A stretch of DNA of 64,000 nucleotides from Podospora anserina. Lineage: Eukaryota. The stretch is from the NCBI GenBank assembly GCA_017654855.1, contig CM030338.1, forward strand, positions 806,001 to 870,000. Reading direction: 5' to 3'. The notes under the pieces are model-generated. The model was not told where the DNA came from and did not search any database. It worked only from the letters and a program-made list of their open reading frames with translations. Shown here piece by piece: positions 1 to 11,358 of the stretch. Made by a program: the position numbers and the translations under genes. Each line of letters opens with the position of its first letter. The stretch's first letter is position 1.

Positions 1-3000
1 CAAACTGATCAAAGTCAGGCAGCTCAAACCCGTGATCCTGAAACGGTGGTCTCGGCTGCCTGGTCTTTGTCGGCGTCTGATCACGGTCTCTGTCCATGAT
101 CTCAGGCACCCTCTCATCCGCCGGCATCTCCACCGGGAACGGGTTCGACAACTGCACCTGTTGATACTGCTGCTGCAGTTCCAACTCACGCTGCTCCAGA
201 ATCTGCGGCGCCGGTTCCACGTTCCTCAACGAGCTGCTCCCCGGTTGGATCGCCCCGCTCGACGAGCGGAAACTTCCCACGCTCGCACGGTGAGCATCTA
301 TCGTTGGGGAGTCTGGGTGGTCGCTTGATGGTCCGAGTGACTCTCTGTCCATGTCCTTGATAGCGAACTGGGCCATGGTCCGCATCTTCCTGCTGACCCA
401 CCCAGCCAGGATCCTTCCACGCTGCTTCTCTCCCAAACGACTTCGGGGGAAATCTCCCTTGTTGACAAACGCAACGATATCAGTCACGATCTGATGTTCG
501 TTGAGGACCGCATTCACAATGACAGGAACAATGGAAGCAAGGTATGCCTTGCGGGCCACCTCGGCAACAACCACAACAAGACCACCGGCTTGGAAAACAG
601 TACTGGAAAAGGATGTGTCAGCAAAACATGGCCAAGGGTTAGAAAATGTGGACAGAGAACTTTACCATCCACCCGGTACAATGCTGTGATGGCATCGTTC
701 AACCGAGAACTCAATGTCCATTGGGAAATGGCTCAACCCATTGATCTCAATCGTCTCCCCAATGTTGCCGAGGACAAAGACAACCTGCATGTCCACCAGC
801 GCGCCGCCTGGCCCAATAGGCCTCCTTACACTGTGCAAGAAACCCAGGTCTCCAGTGCGAACATACTGGATACTCGGGTCCTCCACCGTCCGCCCGTCAA
901 ACCGCTGCACGTCGAACGCGTCCTTGGACCTATAGAACGCCTTGGCGCAGGCTTCCGAATCGACCCAGATCTCACCAAACTCTCCCTCACTGCACAGCAT
1001 ACATGTCTCGGGGTTGACAATGGCAATCTGTGTCGAGACCGGCACCATTCCCGAGTCTTGAACAAGCAAAGCCTTGGGATCCCGCTCGGGGTCTGTGACT
1101 TGAATGAGACCCTGACGCAGAGCCTTGCGGTCCAGCCAGAGCTCGATGGGCTCAATGCACATGTACGACCGCGAGGCGATCATCGGGTTGAGAACATGAG
1201 AATACACCGTGTTGATGGCAGTACGGTCAAGGCCGGCCGTGGCAAAATGCATCCGTACCTTCTGGAATACATCGACGCGGGGCCTGGCCTCGGCCGATAT
1301 CATCATGTTTTTGAGCTCATGCAACGTGAACCCCTTACCCGGCACGGTTCTCATGGCGTAGTCAAGCATCTGAGGAGTGGCGTAAGTATCCTTGATCTTG
1401 TACCTTGACAAAATCAAGAACAAAGAAGCAGGATTCTGGGCAAACTCGACCGGGGAAAGCAGGTACGTGGGCGTGCCGATGTAAATGCCCATGAGACACG
1501 TGTGGAGGAACCCGAGCCCGGTGGTACTCCTGACACAGCCAAGAACTGGCCGGGAGCTAGTCATCTGGCAGGTTTCCTTCTGCACTTTACACATGCCCAG
1601 GATGGTATCGTGGCCCAGCTGAACCGCAATACGGCGCTGGTCAGGCGTCCAGTACGTCCATATAACCACCGGATAACCAGGCTGAACCCACGCCGGATCC
1701 ATCGTGATGCCCAGGTCTCTCAGGCCGCTGTTCTGCTTGGGCGGCTTGGTTGTGTTGAAGATGTTGGGCACCATAATCTTGAGAATCTGGGCCGACTGCT
1801 TGATGTGCTGAGCAACTGTCTTGGTTTTGAGAAGGTGGTCGACCTCTTGATTCACCAACACAGCTCTAACCGAGTAGTCTGCCAGCAGATGCAGAAACGC
1901 AGGCACATCTTCCGAGAGGCGATTCTGGTCCATCGGTGCGATGGGGATGACAATCACGCCGAGGTTGATGCAGGCGTGCACAGCAAAGACAAACTCTTCC
2001 GAGTGTGTGTACATGAGCACAACGTGGTCGCCAGACTTGAGCTTGACCTTGTTGCGGAGGTAGACAGCCACCGCAGCAACCTTGACATCAAACTTCTTCC
2101 AGGTAATGCCCTTGCCTTCTTTGCCTCGCCCATCAATGGTGCAGATGGCGAGCTCCTCACCCTGTCTAGCAACTCGCCACTGAATCAAATCAGTGATGCT
2201 GGTAAAGTTGTTGAGCGGAGTAGAGGTCCTGTCATCCATCACCACCTCTCGATGATCGATGCCCGAGTACTGCTTTTCCGCTGACGCGAGAAGCCGGGAC
2301 CGAGTGTCAGACGCCATGGCGGACCAGATGCCACCAACCGGGTCAACTCCCACGGGCAGGTTGAGCACGGCATGCTCCACTGCAAACTTGACATGAACGC
2401 AGGGCAGGTTTCCCAGGTCAAACTCTCTCCGACAAAGCATGTTGCCGATTTCACGGCGTCCGTTCTTGAGCACTCTTGGCAGAGAGTTGGGGGCTGTGAT
2501 CATCACACAGTACAACCGGAGGTTGTGTTCCTGCATCAGAACGTCCATGCATCTTTCAGCGAGTGCATCAAGCAGTGCTGTGTCCAGCTGCCGAGGCGGT
2601 CCTCCATTGGTGGCCGGCGCAGTGGATGCCGCTGCCGACTCGAGGACCACGACCGGCAGGTGTTCCTCATTGACAAAGACGTCAAAGGCAGAACAATCAA
2701 AGATTTTGGGCACGTTCTTGATGATGCTCACCACGAGGTGCTGCACAAAGTAGTAGCGATTCTCAACAGCCTCGTTTCCACCGTGCTCGACCCATTCAAC
2801 CCTTTGTCTGATCCGATCCTCGTACAAGCCGAGGACAAAGACCTTACCTTCAATGACGGTTCCCAGCAAGCCGGTTCTAAGAAACTCGGGCTCCACCATG
2901 GTCGGCGTGGCTTCGCCCGGGTTGAACTTGAAGGGCCGAGCATGGAAGATGGTTTCGGTATGCTTCGGGAGTGCCCAGAAGCCACCCGACAACGATGGCG

Positions 3001-5546
3001 AGTCAACCCAGATTTCTCCCACCGTGTTGGGAGGTGCCAAAAGGGATGTTTCTGGATCCACCACAGCGAGGGTGGCGTCAGGAATGGGATAGCCAAATGC
3101 CCCAACACGGATAGTACCTGGCTCATTGGCAGCTCGCTTTCTGGCTTCGTCTCCCATGGCGATAACCACCACCTCATTAACCTTCAAGGCCTCCCTGTCA
3201 AGGAGGACCTCACTGAGCTCGGTCTTGGTGTGCTGCTGTGTGGCCGTCGTTGTCCCTTGTCCGAGTAGAGTGGAGAACCCCGTGGGAACTGCTGGCTTTT
3301 CTTCCTTCTCTTTTTCATCTTCCGAGTCTTCGCTCGACCCAATGTCAAGTTTCAGAGGGCAGCCCATCCTTTCTTCACCGCCTAGCCAGTCACGGACACT
3401 GATCACCATGCCGCCGTGCTCTGGGAGACAAAGCATGGGTGCCACGACCTCGTTTGGTCGAGTATTGCGCAGCGGGCGAAACCAACGATCGGCAAGAAGC
3501 TCGTTGAACTCGCTATCTACTGTCAACGTGTCGATGAAGCATGACTTGACGGTTTGAAAGTTGGGCTCCATGCCCTTCTTGTAGTTTCGTGTAGCCATGG
3601 GGTCCGTCTGATAGTTGTAGGCGGCCCTTTTCAACCCCGGGTAGTCCGCGACCATGACCGTTGGCTTGTACTTGGTGATCAGATGGGCGTACAGTCCAGG
3701 GACCTCTATGGCTTTGTTTTCCAGCCATACAGTGGTGTGTCCGCCATATACGGCCAGTAACACACCAAAAATCATGCCGATACCTTGCCGGGGGTCCAGA
3801 TAGGAAAGCATAATCTCGCTGCTTGCCCCACCCCCTATTAACCGGCCATTCTTGTCCCGTAGGTTCTTGTTGAAGGTGTCTGCCGGTCCGTTGCTGGGAA
3901 CAGTGGAGATGATGGCGCTAAGGCAAGCCAGCTGGTGCATGATGGTCCTGTGGCTCAGAACCACGCCTCTGACATCACCTGTCGGGGCCCTGGAGAACTC
4001 GATGTAGGCCAGATCAGGGACCGTCAACGGGGGCGCGTCTTCCTTCTTCTTTGGGTGATAGCTGCCGAACTCATTGGTCTTCCACCACTCGACCCCCTTT
4101 GGCCAAGTAAGTTTCTGAGCGGTGATATCGCGCTGAAACGTCTTTAGATTGTTGTCTGTAGTCAGAGCCAGATGAGCTTGCGTCTGAGTAAGAATCATGT
4201 TCAGTTTCTGATAGTCTTGCAAGTCATTGATGGGTACAGCGACGACGCCTGCAATGAAGCAGCCAAGCAGAGCAATGGCAAAGTCAATGATTTCCGTGTC
4301 TCGGTATATAAGCGCGACACGATCGCCCCTATATAGCGAGCTCTTGTCACGGATGACTTGTGCCACCTTTTCGGCCCTCGACGCCAGCTTGTCCCATGTG
4401 ATGGAAACCGTCTCTTTTCCCTTGCTGTCCAACACCCAGTAGGCCGGGGCCTTGGCTATTGTGCGGCCTCGGTGCCTTAGCACAGCGGCAATATTTTCAA
4501 AATTGGACATTGGCGTGTGCTCATCATGTGCGTCGTGGATGGCAAACGGAACATCACGTGGCTCGAGGGGTAACAAATGGTTCAACACATCTGGTGGAGG
4601 CAGATCGCTTGCTGTTAGCATTGGAGGCGCAACAGCTACTGTTGGAGAAAAAGCATCGCTAGATGAGTATCGTTGTGGACCGCCATATTCTCCTCGCGCC
4701 TGCTGATCGTATGCTTGTTGTTGGCCAGCAAAGTCGGAAAAGTAGGCTTGAGATTCTAGGAGTGTCCTAGATCTGCCATCGTACGCTTGTTGTGGTGGCC
4801 CATCTCTGTAGACGCCATGCTGTTCAGGGTTGAAAGCGTAATCGCCCGAGACCATGGTCCCCGAACGAGTGGAGGTGTCGTTCATGGGAGCGGCTGATAG
4901 AAACAGAGAGTCGTGCTGGCGCATACTCGGACGGCTGTCGGCTATTGGATCATCAGAGCTCAAGTACGGCCCTAGATGGGCATCTTGGTTCATCAGATAC
5001 GGAGACTGAACCTGGTTCAGATAAGGGGAAATCTGAGGCTGGTTGTCTGTTGGTGACACGCGATGCTCGGGGGATATGGACGCTGGCGAGTGATACGAGT
5101 TGGCATTCAGAGCCGCCAGAGAGGCGGCCCGATGCCCATCGTCGTTGACATGAGGCGGTGGTGGGTAGTAGTTGTTGTCGTCGTCGGGTGAATGAATCCG
5201 AAGCCCGCCCGCTCGTGGCTCTTGTTGCAACAGGTCGCCAATTCCATATTGCGAGAAGAGTTGGGTGCGTCGTTTTTGGTACCTGCAAGGGAGATGTCTC
5301 GGTCAACACGATGCCGGCGCCAACTTTTATACGGACAGCTTTTTTTACCCTTTTTGCGTGATGTCGCCCTCCTGATAAGCAGAGACAGACATGGTCAGCA
5401 GCTACTCCCAAGAATCTGGTACCAACCATCACAAGACTGCGCAGCGCAGGCAGTGGAACCTATCACCAATTCAAAAAGCCACTCACTTCCAGCTCCCTCT
5501 CGAGCTCTTCCAGTTTGTCTTGCAGTTCGGGACTGAGTCCAGCCAT
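1..5546 (-). CDS. CPS1: DIP2/Cps1-like protein (N-terminal DMAP1-binding domain plus two AMP-binding/acyl-CoA ligase-like domains); 3' end runs off the window
   Basis: Exons 5546-5487 (MAGLSPELQDKLEELERELE), 5371-5349 (EGDITQKG), 5282-666 and 602-<1, all joined by GT-AG introns. The spliced N-terminus ELEEGDITQKGYQKRRTQL is the DIP2-family DMAP1-binding motif. Two adenylation-like domains are present (LAYIEFSRAPTGDVRGVVLSH...LRTGLLG and VRTGDLGF). The last exon (CTVFQAGGLVVVVAEVARK...FPRSRLGEKQRG) stays open to base 1. Confidence 0.9.
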
Positions 5547-6600
5547 GGCTGTGGTAGATGGGCGTATGCGATATGGAATGGATCGTTTGCCTTCGAGGCG
5601 CGCGCGCCGTTGAGCCGGAGAAGGCGCCCGGTATCCGTATACGTATGCAAGATTTGCAGTCTCACCCGACCAAGCGGCCGCAATGTGCAACTGCTAATGA
5701 GCGCAAGTGATGGTGGAGAGAGGTCAGATGTGGTCGTGTTGTGTTGTTTGGTCTAACCCTGGACTCTACAACGGATGCTCTGTGTATGTAGTGTACACTA
5801 TCTGTATGGGCTGCCAAGTGTGGATGTTCGTGTATACTGGCCTGTATAGGGGTTCTGATCTCCCGAGTTTCTTCGACCTGACTCTTCAGGGTTGTGACGT
5901 GTGACGTAGTTGGGTTTTGGATGGAAGCCCAGGAACACATTGCCATCTCCAATCCACGGCGGGCATGTCGCCAGATGGCGGGGCTGTCTTCCAACAGCTG
6001 ACCAGCGATCCCCGGTTCACTTGCCCGCAAACCCCTGACCCGCCCCGTTTGTAGCGCAGGGTCTGCCAAGAGTTCTTGACAGGTCCTGCTTTGCTAATAA
6101 AACTTAAAAGTACACTGGTTTTCCATGGACTTTGATCAACACTTTTCTGTCTGTTGGTTATTAGTCTCCTCACTATCGTTCCAGTTATCTCTTTCTCAGT
6201 GCTTTTGTTAGGATTCGATCGGTAGAGAGTACTCTAGCTTTGGTAGGTGGCTTTGATCCATCGGCCCCGCGTCTTCAAGTCTCTCTCGGCGGGGTTTACA
6301 GTTTGCCCCACTTCATTCTCGGCGCCAAAGAACAGCCGATCCGGCAGGAAAACCCACGCGGAAAGTGGGGCCACTCTCCCGACTGCAAAACTTCCAAAGC
6401 CTCTGATCAAGAATTTTTGCAAAATCCATTCTCTTCCAGAAAACCACTTTTCGACGCAGCATCTGCTCTTCATGACATACGGAAGGGCACAAGATGTCTG
6501 TGATTAGAATATCATGCTAACTCGATAGTCACTTGCAGTATTGCCCACTCTTGGTATGTTCTTTCTTTTCCACAGTTTCTGCCCCCCAGGCATCACAACA

Positions 6601-6683
6601 TTTTCATGATGATATAAACGCAAACTCACAGACCTGTTCTGAAATTTTACATGTTGAGAGCACGCTTTATTCAACTGACTCTA
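6601..6683 (+). ncRNA. snR56: Box C/D snoRNA, snR56/SNORD25-type guide for 18S rRNA 2'-O-methylation, intron-encoded
   Basis: Box C ATGATGA at 6606-6612, guide TCACAGACCTGTT at 6626-6638 directly before box D' CTGA (6639-6642), C'-like ATGTTGA at 6651-6657 and box D CTGA at 6675-6678. The guide is the reverse complement of conserved 18S AACAGGTCTGTGA, and the D+5 rule points to the first G of AGG (yeast Gm1428). It lies inside a GTATGT(6554)...GCTAAC(6732)...CAG(6747) intron. Confidence 0.85.
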
Positions 6684-7217
6684 TTCCCTTCCATCACAAT
6701 ATCATATCGAGATCGAAGTTGCAAAACTCTTGCTAACTCCTCTCCAGAATCGATACCCGTTCCTGTTCATCACCAACCTTCTTTGTGCTTGCAAGCTTAT
6801 TTTAAGCGTCATGGCAAGCCGTCAAGGGTACCCGAGAGCCGAGTCTCTGGCTTTGTTCTCGCGGTTCCTATTGTCTCTACTCTAAAAATACATGAGTTTT
6901 TCTCGACTACAATGCCATTCTTAGCCCACACCACCACCATGCCTTTGATGCTATAGTCTAGCAAGTTTCATGTCCTCGTCTTTGTGCCAGGTATAAGTCC
7001 TGTGTGTTGCTGTGCATATAATAGTCGACTACTCCCCCCAGACAACTCGATTGTATTCGCCTCATATCATTTGTTTCTCTCCATTCTTTTCGTATATTCA
7101 AGGGATCTTGAGGCGCAGCTTCTTGTGCTTTTCGAAATCCTCATCATCATCAACTAGAACACTCTCTCAAGTATTGCAGGCGATACTTTTCACACTCGTA
7201 CCCCATCAACCACCAAA

Positions 7218-9149
7218 ATGGATACCACCCTCGGATCAGAGTATGGTCATGATGACCTCTTCTCCAACTACGTTGACGATGTCTATGACTCGATCTACCC
7301 GGACTTGGACTCATCGGAGACCACATCTCAACCTACTCTCACACTCCCGGAGGTTGCCCAGAACCCTCCCACCACTGAAACTGCTCAGCGGAACACTTTC
7401 ATCTTTGGTTCCGATAACAACACCATCATTCAAAACACTGCTCAGCAGGTGTGGAACTCTAACGCCATGAATTCTTTCTACGATATCTTTAGGGCTCCCT
7501 CCCCGGTTTCTGGTAACACCCAAGACCTCGTCACTGAAACCCCCGCAACTCAAAACCTCATGGGCCCTCAAAACAAACCTCGAACCTTGTCGGACAAGCT
7601 TCGCCAGGGCAAGAAGATCATTCTCAGCTGCAGGAACGACGGAAAGGTCAAGAACGAGGACCCTGCCGACATCTACGAGAAGCCCCCCACTGTTCAAGCC
7701 TGGGGCCCTCTTATCAAGCACGCTAGGGTTACTGAACATCTCTTTGAGTACTGCAGGTATTACGTCGAGTTGAATCCGGCCAAGCGATTCACCCAGGATG
7801 AACTCATCCTCTTCATGAAGGGTACTGAGTGCCCCAACCCGGAGAGAAAACTCACCCTTTGGATCCAGAACTCACCTTCTCAGGTCAACGGCCGGTACGC
7901 CATGGGCGGTAACTCCGCTAAGTGCCGGTATAAGCATTGTCCCGGTAAGTTCACCATCTGGAAGGGTTTTCTCCGAATTGCCTTTGATGAGTTCTCCGAC
8001 AAGACCGGTCTCCATCTCGATCCCTTTCACAATGCAGGCTACATGCATCTTCACTGCTTTGAAAAGATTTTTGATCTTGCCTACCTTATTCACTACGGCG
8101 CTGCCCAGTATGGATTTCAAATCAAGCCCGATGTGCGGACCTTCCCCATCGAGTCCAGAAATCCCATGTCTCTACTCCGCGATCACCCCCAGATGCTCAA
8201 TGCCTACTATCAATGGCTGCGGGACAACAAGCAGCGCTGTGATCTACTCTTTATGGCACAGGCTGATCATGACGGCTTCCATATCCCTAGCCCACCTTCT
8301 CACCACACTACCCTCGGGTACAAGCTCACCATGTACCACCTTTCCCATGAGGTATCGCACAGGGTGAATATGCGTGAGAACCGCGGTGGTGCACACATTG
8401 GTATTCACAAGGGTAACCTGGAACGTTTCATGCACATCAAAGCCAAGATGCGGGATGGAAAAAACAACGTCAACAAGCGGCGGTCCCATGATGATGACAA
8501 GGAGGAGGAGGAAAGCGACACTCAGGATAGCATTACTTACAACCCTAGGCCTACCAAGAGGCCTAGGGGTCGCAAGGTTGCTTCCATCGACACCTCCGTC
8601 GACTCTACTCCTACTCCGGTCAACATCCCCTTCAACACTGACCTCAACACCAACCCCATTGTCATGGGTAACTTCAATTACCAGATCCCTGACTTCAACA
8701 TGATGGGGATGGAGATGGGGATGGGGAATCTCACCGGCTTCCCGCTCAACTTCAACACCTACCCGGTCATTACTAACCCACAGCAGCGCATCCTTCCTAC
8801 CACCACAATTTCCCCCACCACCCTCCAATCCCCCGGACCTCGCACGCGCCTTAGAAGCCGTCAGATGTCCACCTCCCTCGTCGGCTTCCTCAACACCCAC
8901 CCCAATCTCACCCTTACTCAAGCCCAGGAGATCGGTGCGGCCATCGCCGACGAGCCCTCTTACATCCAGGACAATATCCTCTCGGCTGTTCAGCCTGAGA
9001 CGGCCAACACCCTCCTGCGGGATGGGATTGTCCCGGAGGTGGAGAGCAAGATCAAGAAGCTGAATAAAAGGCAGCTGAAGGATCTGGAGAGGGTGATTGA
9101 GAGGATTGAGAAGAATGGAAATATGACGAGGGCTTCGAGTATGTGGTAG
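7218..9149 (+). CDS. Hypothetical protein (643 aa) with a central Cys/His-rich globular domain and basic NLS-like segments
   Basis: Long intronless ORF, good start context (CCAAAATGG) and C-ending codon bias. The central domain reads LTLWIQNSPSQ...KCRYKHCP...GFLRIAFDEF...DPFHNAGYMHLHCFEK. Confidence 0.8.
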   Translation: MDTTLGSEYGHDDLFSNYVDDVYDSIYPDLDSSETTSQPTLTLPEVAQNPPTTETAQRNTFIFGSDNNTIIQNTAQQVWNSNAMNSFYDIFRAPSPVSGNTQDLVTETPATQNLMGPQNKPRTLSDKLRQGKKIILSCRNDGKVKNEDPADIYEKPPTVQAWGPLIKHARVTEHLFEYCRYYVELNPAKRFTQDELILFMKGTECPNPERKLTLWIQNSPSQVNGRYAMGGNSAKCRYKHCPGKFTIWKGFLRIAFDEFSDKTGLHLDPFHNAGYMHLHCFEKIFDLAYLIHYGAAQYGFQIKPDVRTFPIESRNPMSLLRDHPQMLNAYYQWLRDNKQRCDLLFMAQADHDGFHIPSPPSHHTTLGYKLTMYHLSHEVSHRVNMRENRGGAHIGIHKGNLERFMHIKAKMRDGKNNVNKRRSHDDDKEEEESDTQDSITYNPRPTKRPRGRKVASIDTSVDSTPTPVNIPFNTDLNTNPIVMGNFNYQIPDFNMMGMEMGMGNLTGFPLNFNTYPVITNPQQRILPTTTISPTTLQSPGPRTRLRSRQMSTSLVGFLNTHPNLTLTQAQEIGAAIADEPSYIQDNILSAVQPETANTLLRDGIVPEVESKIKKLNKRQLKDLERVIERIEKNGNMTRASSMW

Positions 9150-11358
9150 TTCCACATCTCTTACTCCATCTTCTTTCCCCATTTTTTCTCACACAAATCT
9201 CTCTTTCGTTGTACTCTCAATGGGTTGTGGTAGGTTGTAGATCGTAGCACAGACGAAAAAAATGGCCACGTAAACGTAGAAAAAAACGGATACGGATATA
9301 TATACATAATGGTATTGGAAAATAATAATGTTTAATAGTCTTTTATAATTTTGTTCAGACAACTGCTCATGTGGAAATGTGAATTAACTTGCCGTCCCCT
9401 TGCCCTTGTAGTTAGGACCTTTGATGATAGAGTGTACTACTTACTTACTGTCTTACCTACCTACCTACGGCCAGCTGTGTAGCTCGAGATGAAGCAGCAT
9501 ATTCGTGGTCCCTGGTTTCATGTGAGGCTAAGGGTGCCAGCCAGTACACACTCACACAACACCACTCGGTGAGCTTGATATGCCGTGACTTTCCAACCCC
9601 TCAGTAGTCATGACACCCATTGGGTTTTTTTTTGGTTGAATATTGTCAGATTGTTCGGGGAACACTGGTTCGATCATGTTGGACAATCCGAATGGGTCGA
9701 CATATTCGCTGTCTGGAGAAGAAGGCTGGACAAATCGGAGATCCCACTGCTTGACTCTGATCGATGCCCCCTGTTTTTTACACTGTAGATAATGCAAAAT
9801 ATGAGGGAGGACATATCGCACTATTGAATGTTGCCTTGGCCGGTGAGAGCGAGAAGCCCCTCGTTGATCGGGGTGCGCATGTGGCGTCACAATTTGCTTG
9901 GATGGGATGTTGACAAACTCGGTCACATGCAGACTGGGTATCTATCTACCTAGCCAAGGTGTAAAAATGTATCACAGATAATATCGTAACTTTCACCTCG
10001 ATCGAGCGGCATGGGATGCACCAGGAGAACGAGATGTGGGCGGTTGAATGAATGCAGAGGACCCGCCGCCTTGCATCGGGAATGCAGCCCCCCCAACCCT
10101 CTCCCACCAACGGCATCCCCGAAGACAACCCCCCGCCATGCCATACACACCCCGGGCCTTCCATTCAACGTCACCACCACCGATCGAGCTCCCCCGGAAT
10201 CTTCCAACGTCGTCCTCCAAGGCGCTAGTCGACGATAACGACACCCCTGAAACCTGGATAGACATTCGGATTCGTAAGGCGAAACGGGACACGGATTATA
10301 AGATCGAGCCCTGAATTCCCGGCTGCCACTAGCTCCCGCCCGCGTCCTGCCTGGACCGAAAGCCAAGTTTGCGCAACAATGGAGGGGCATAGGGAAACTT
10401 TGTTGCCTTGCCAGAGCGGCCTCGCCGGCAGGTGAAAGAACTTAGGAACCCTCCTCTTCCCACCGGGGCGCGCTGAATACCTGCGGTAGGGTAGGTACCA
10501 ATTGGGAAGTCCCATCCCGTTTTCTATAATAGTCCGATGGACCTCTCTCTCCTCTTACAATTAATCATCTTGGACTCTACACCTCATTCTCGATCAACAC
10601 TCAAACTCGCCCGCCCCCATTGCAGCAATACCTACCGTCGTGCCGCCGTCGAGCATTTGGACCTACTACTGCAGGGGAACGGCAGAGGCCAGCCCCAAAG
10701 AAACGTCTGCGGTTTGGGAACAAGCGGCCTGTTCCTCAAAAAAGCCACGGCACTGGAACGGCGCCATTCGAGAAAAGCTTCTCTGTCTGCGCTCCAACAT
10801 AAAACGGTCCCTCGCCTTCCACGGCCAATTCATTTTCCCTAGAAGACTTCCATTGTCTTGTCCGATATACAAGCTACAAGTTCAGGGGGTTAAGAAAAGG
10901 GTATTGTCTTACCCACCGGGTTCAGCTCTCCAAAAACCCACCCGAGACCCAACCTACCTTACAGCAGCACCATCTCACCGGACCTGGCTTCCTGCATTGC
11001 AGCAGGGGAATCCCGCATTACCTTTTCCCACCCCCCAACCACCTTACGGTGTCATCCTATCGCATCGCATCGCCACCAGCAGCAGCACACACGCTCAGCG
11101 AACAAACGGTCGCGGAATTCCCGATTGCTACACACAATCTATCTGCTGGTTCCTCGCATCCTGGATCCTGGGATTCACAGGCCAGGCAGGCAGGCAAAAG
11201 CCACTCGCACTGCGACCTACCCTTCTCTGATCTCTATCTACACACGCCCACCAACCCGCCGCATAAACACCGGAGAGGTATCCGATCTCCCGACCTGAAT
11301 CATTGTCGTATCTTCCAGGTTCCTTCTTACCACACAGCGTGCCAGCAAAGCCGAGCTG

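Noticed and set aside
494-3268. Long plus-strand ORFs (304, 260 and 298 aa)
   Set aside because: They are antisense shadows of the CPS1 coding sequence and have no recognisable motifs.
6296-6512. Possible H/ACA snoRNA (two hairpins, AGAAAA H-box-like motif)
   Set aside because: The second hairpin has no bipartite pseudouridylation pocket and there is no properly placed ACA. Kept only as a structured intron.
9552-11230. Cluster of 70-196-aa ORFs between the orphan gene and PDE1
   Set aside because: No codon bias, motifs or consistent splice pattern, and the frames do not join across single stops.
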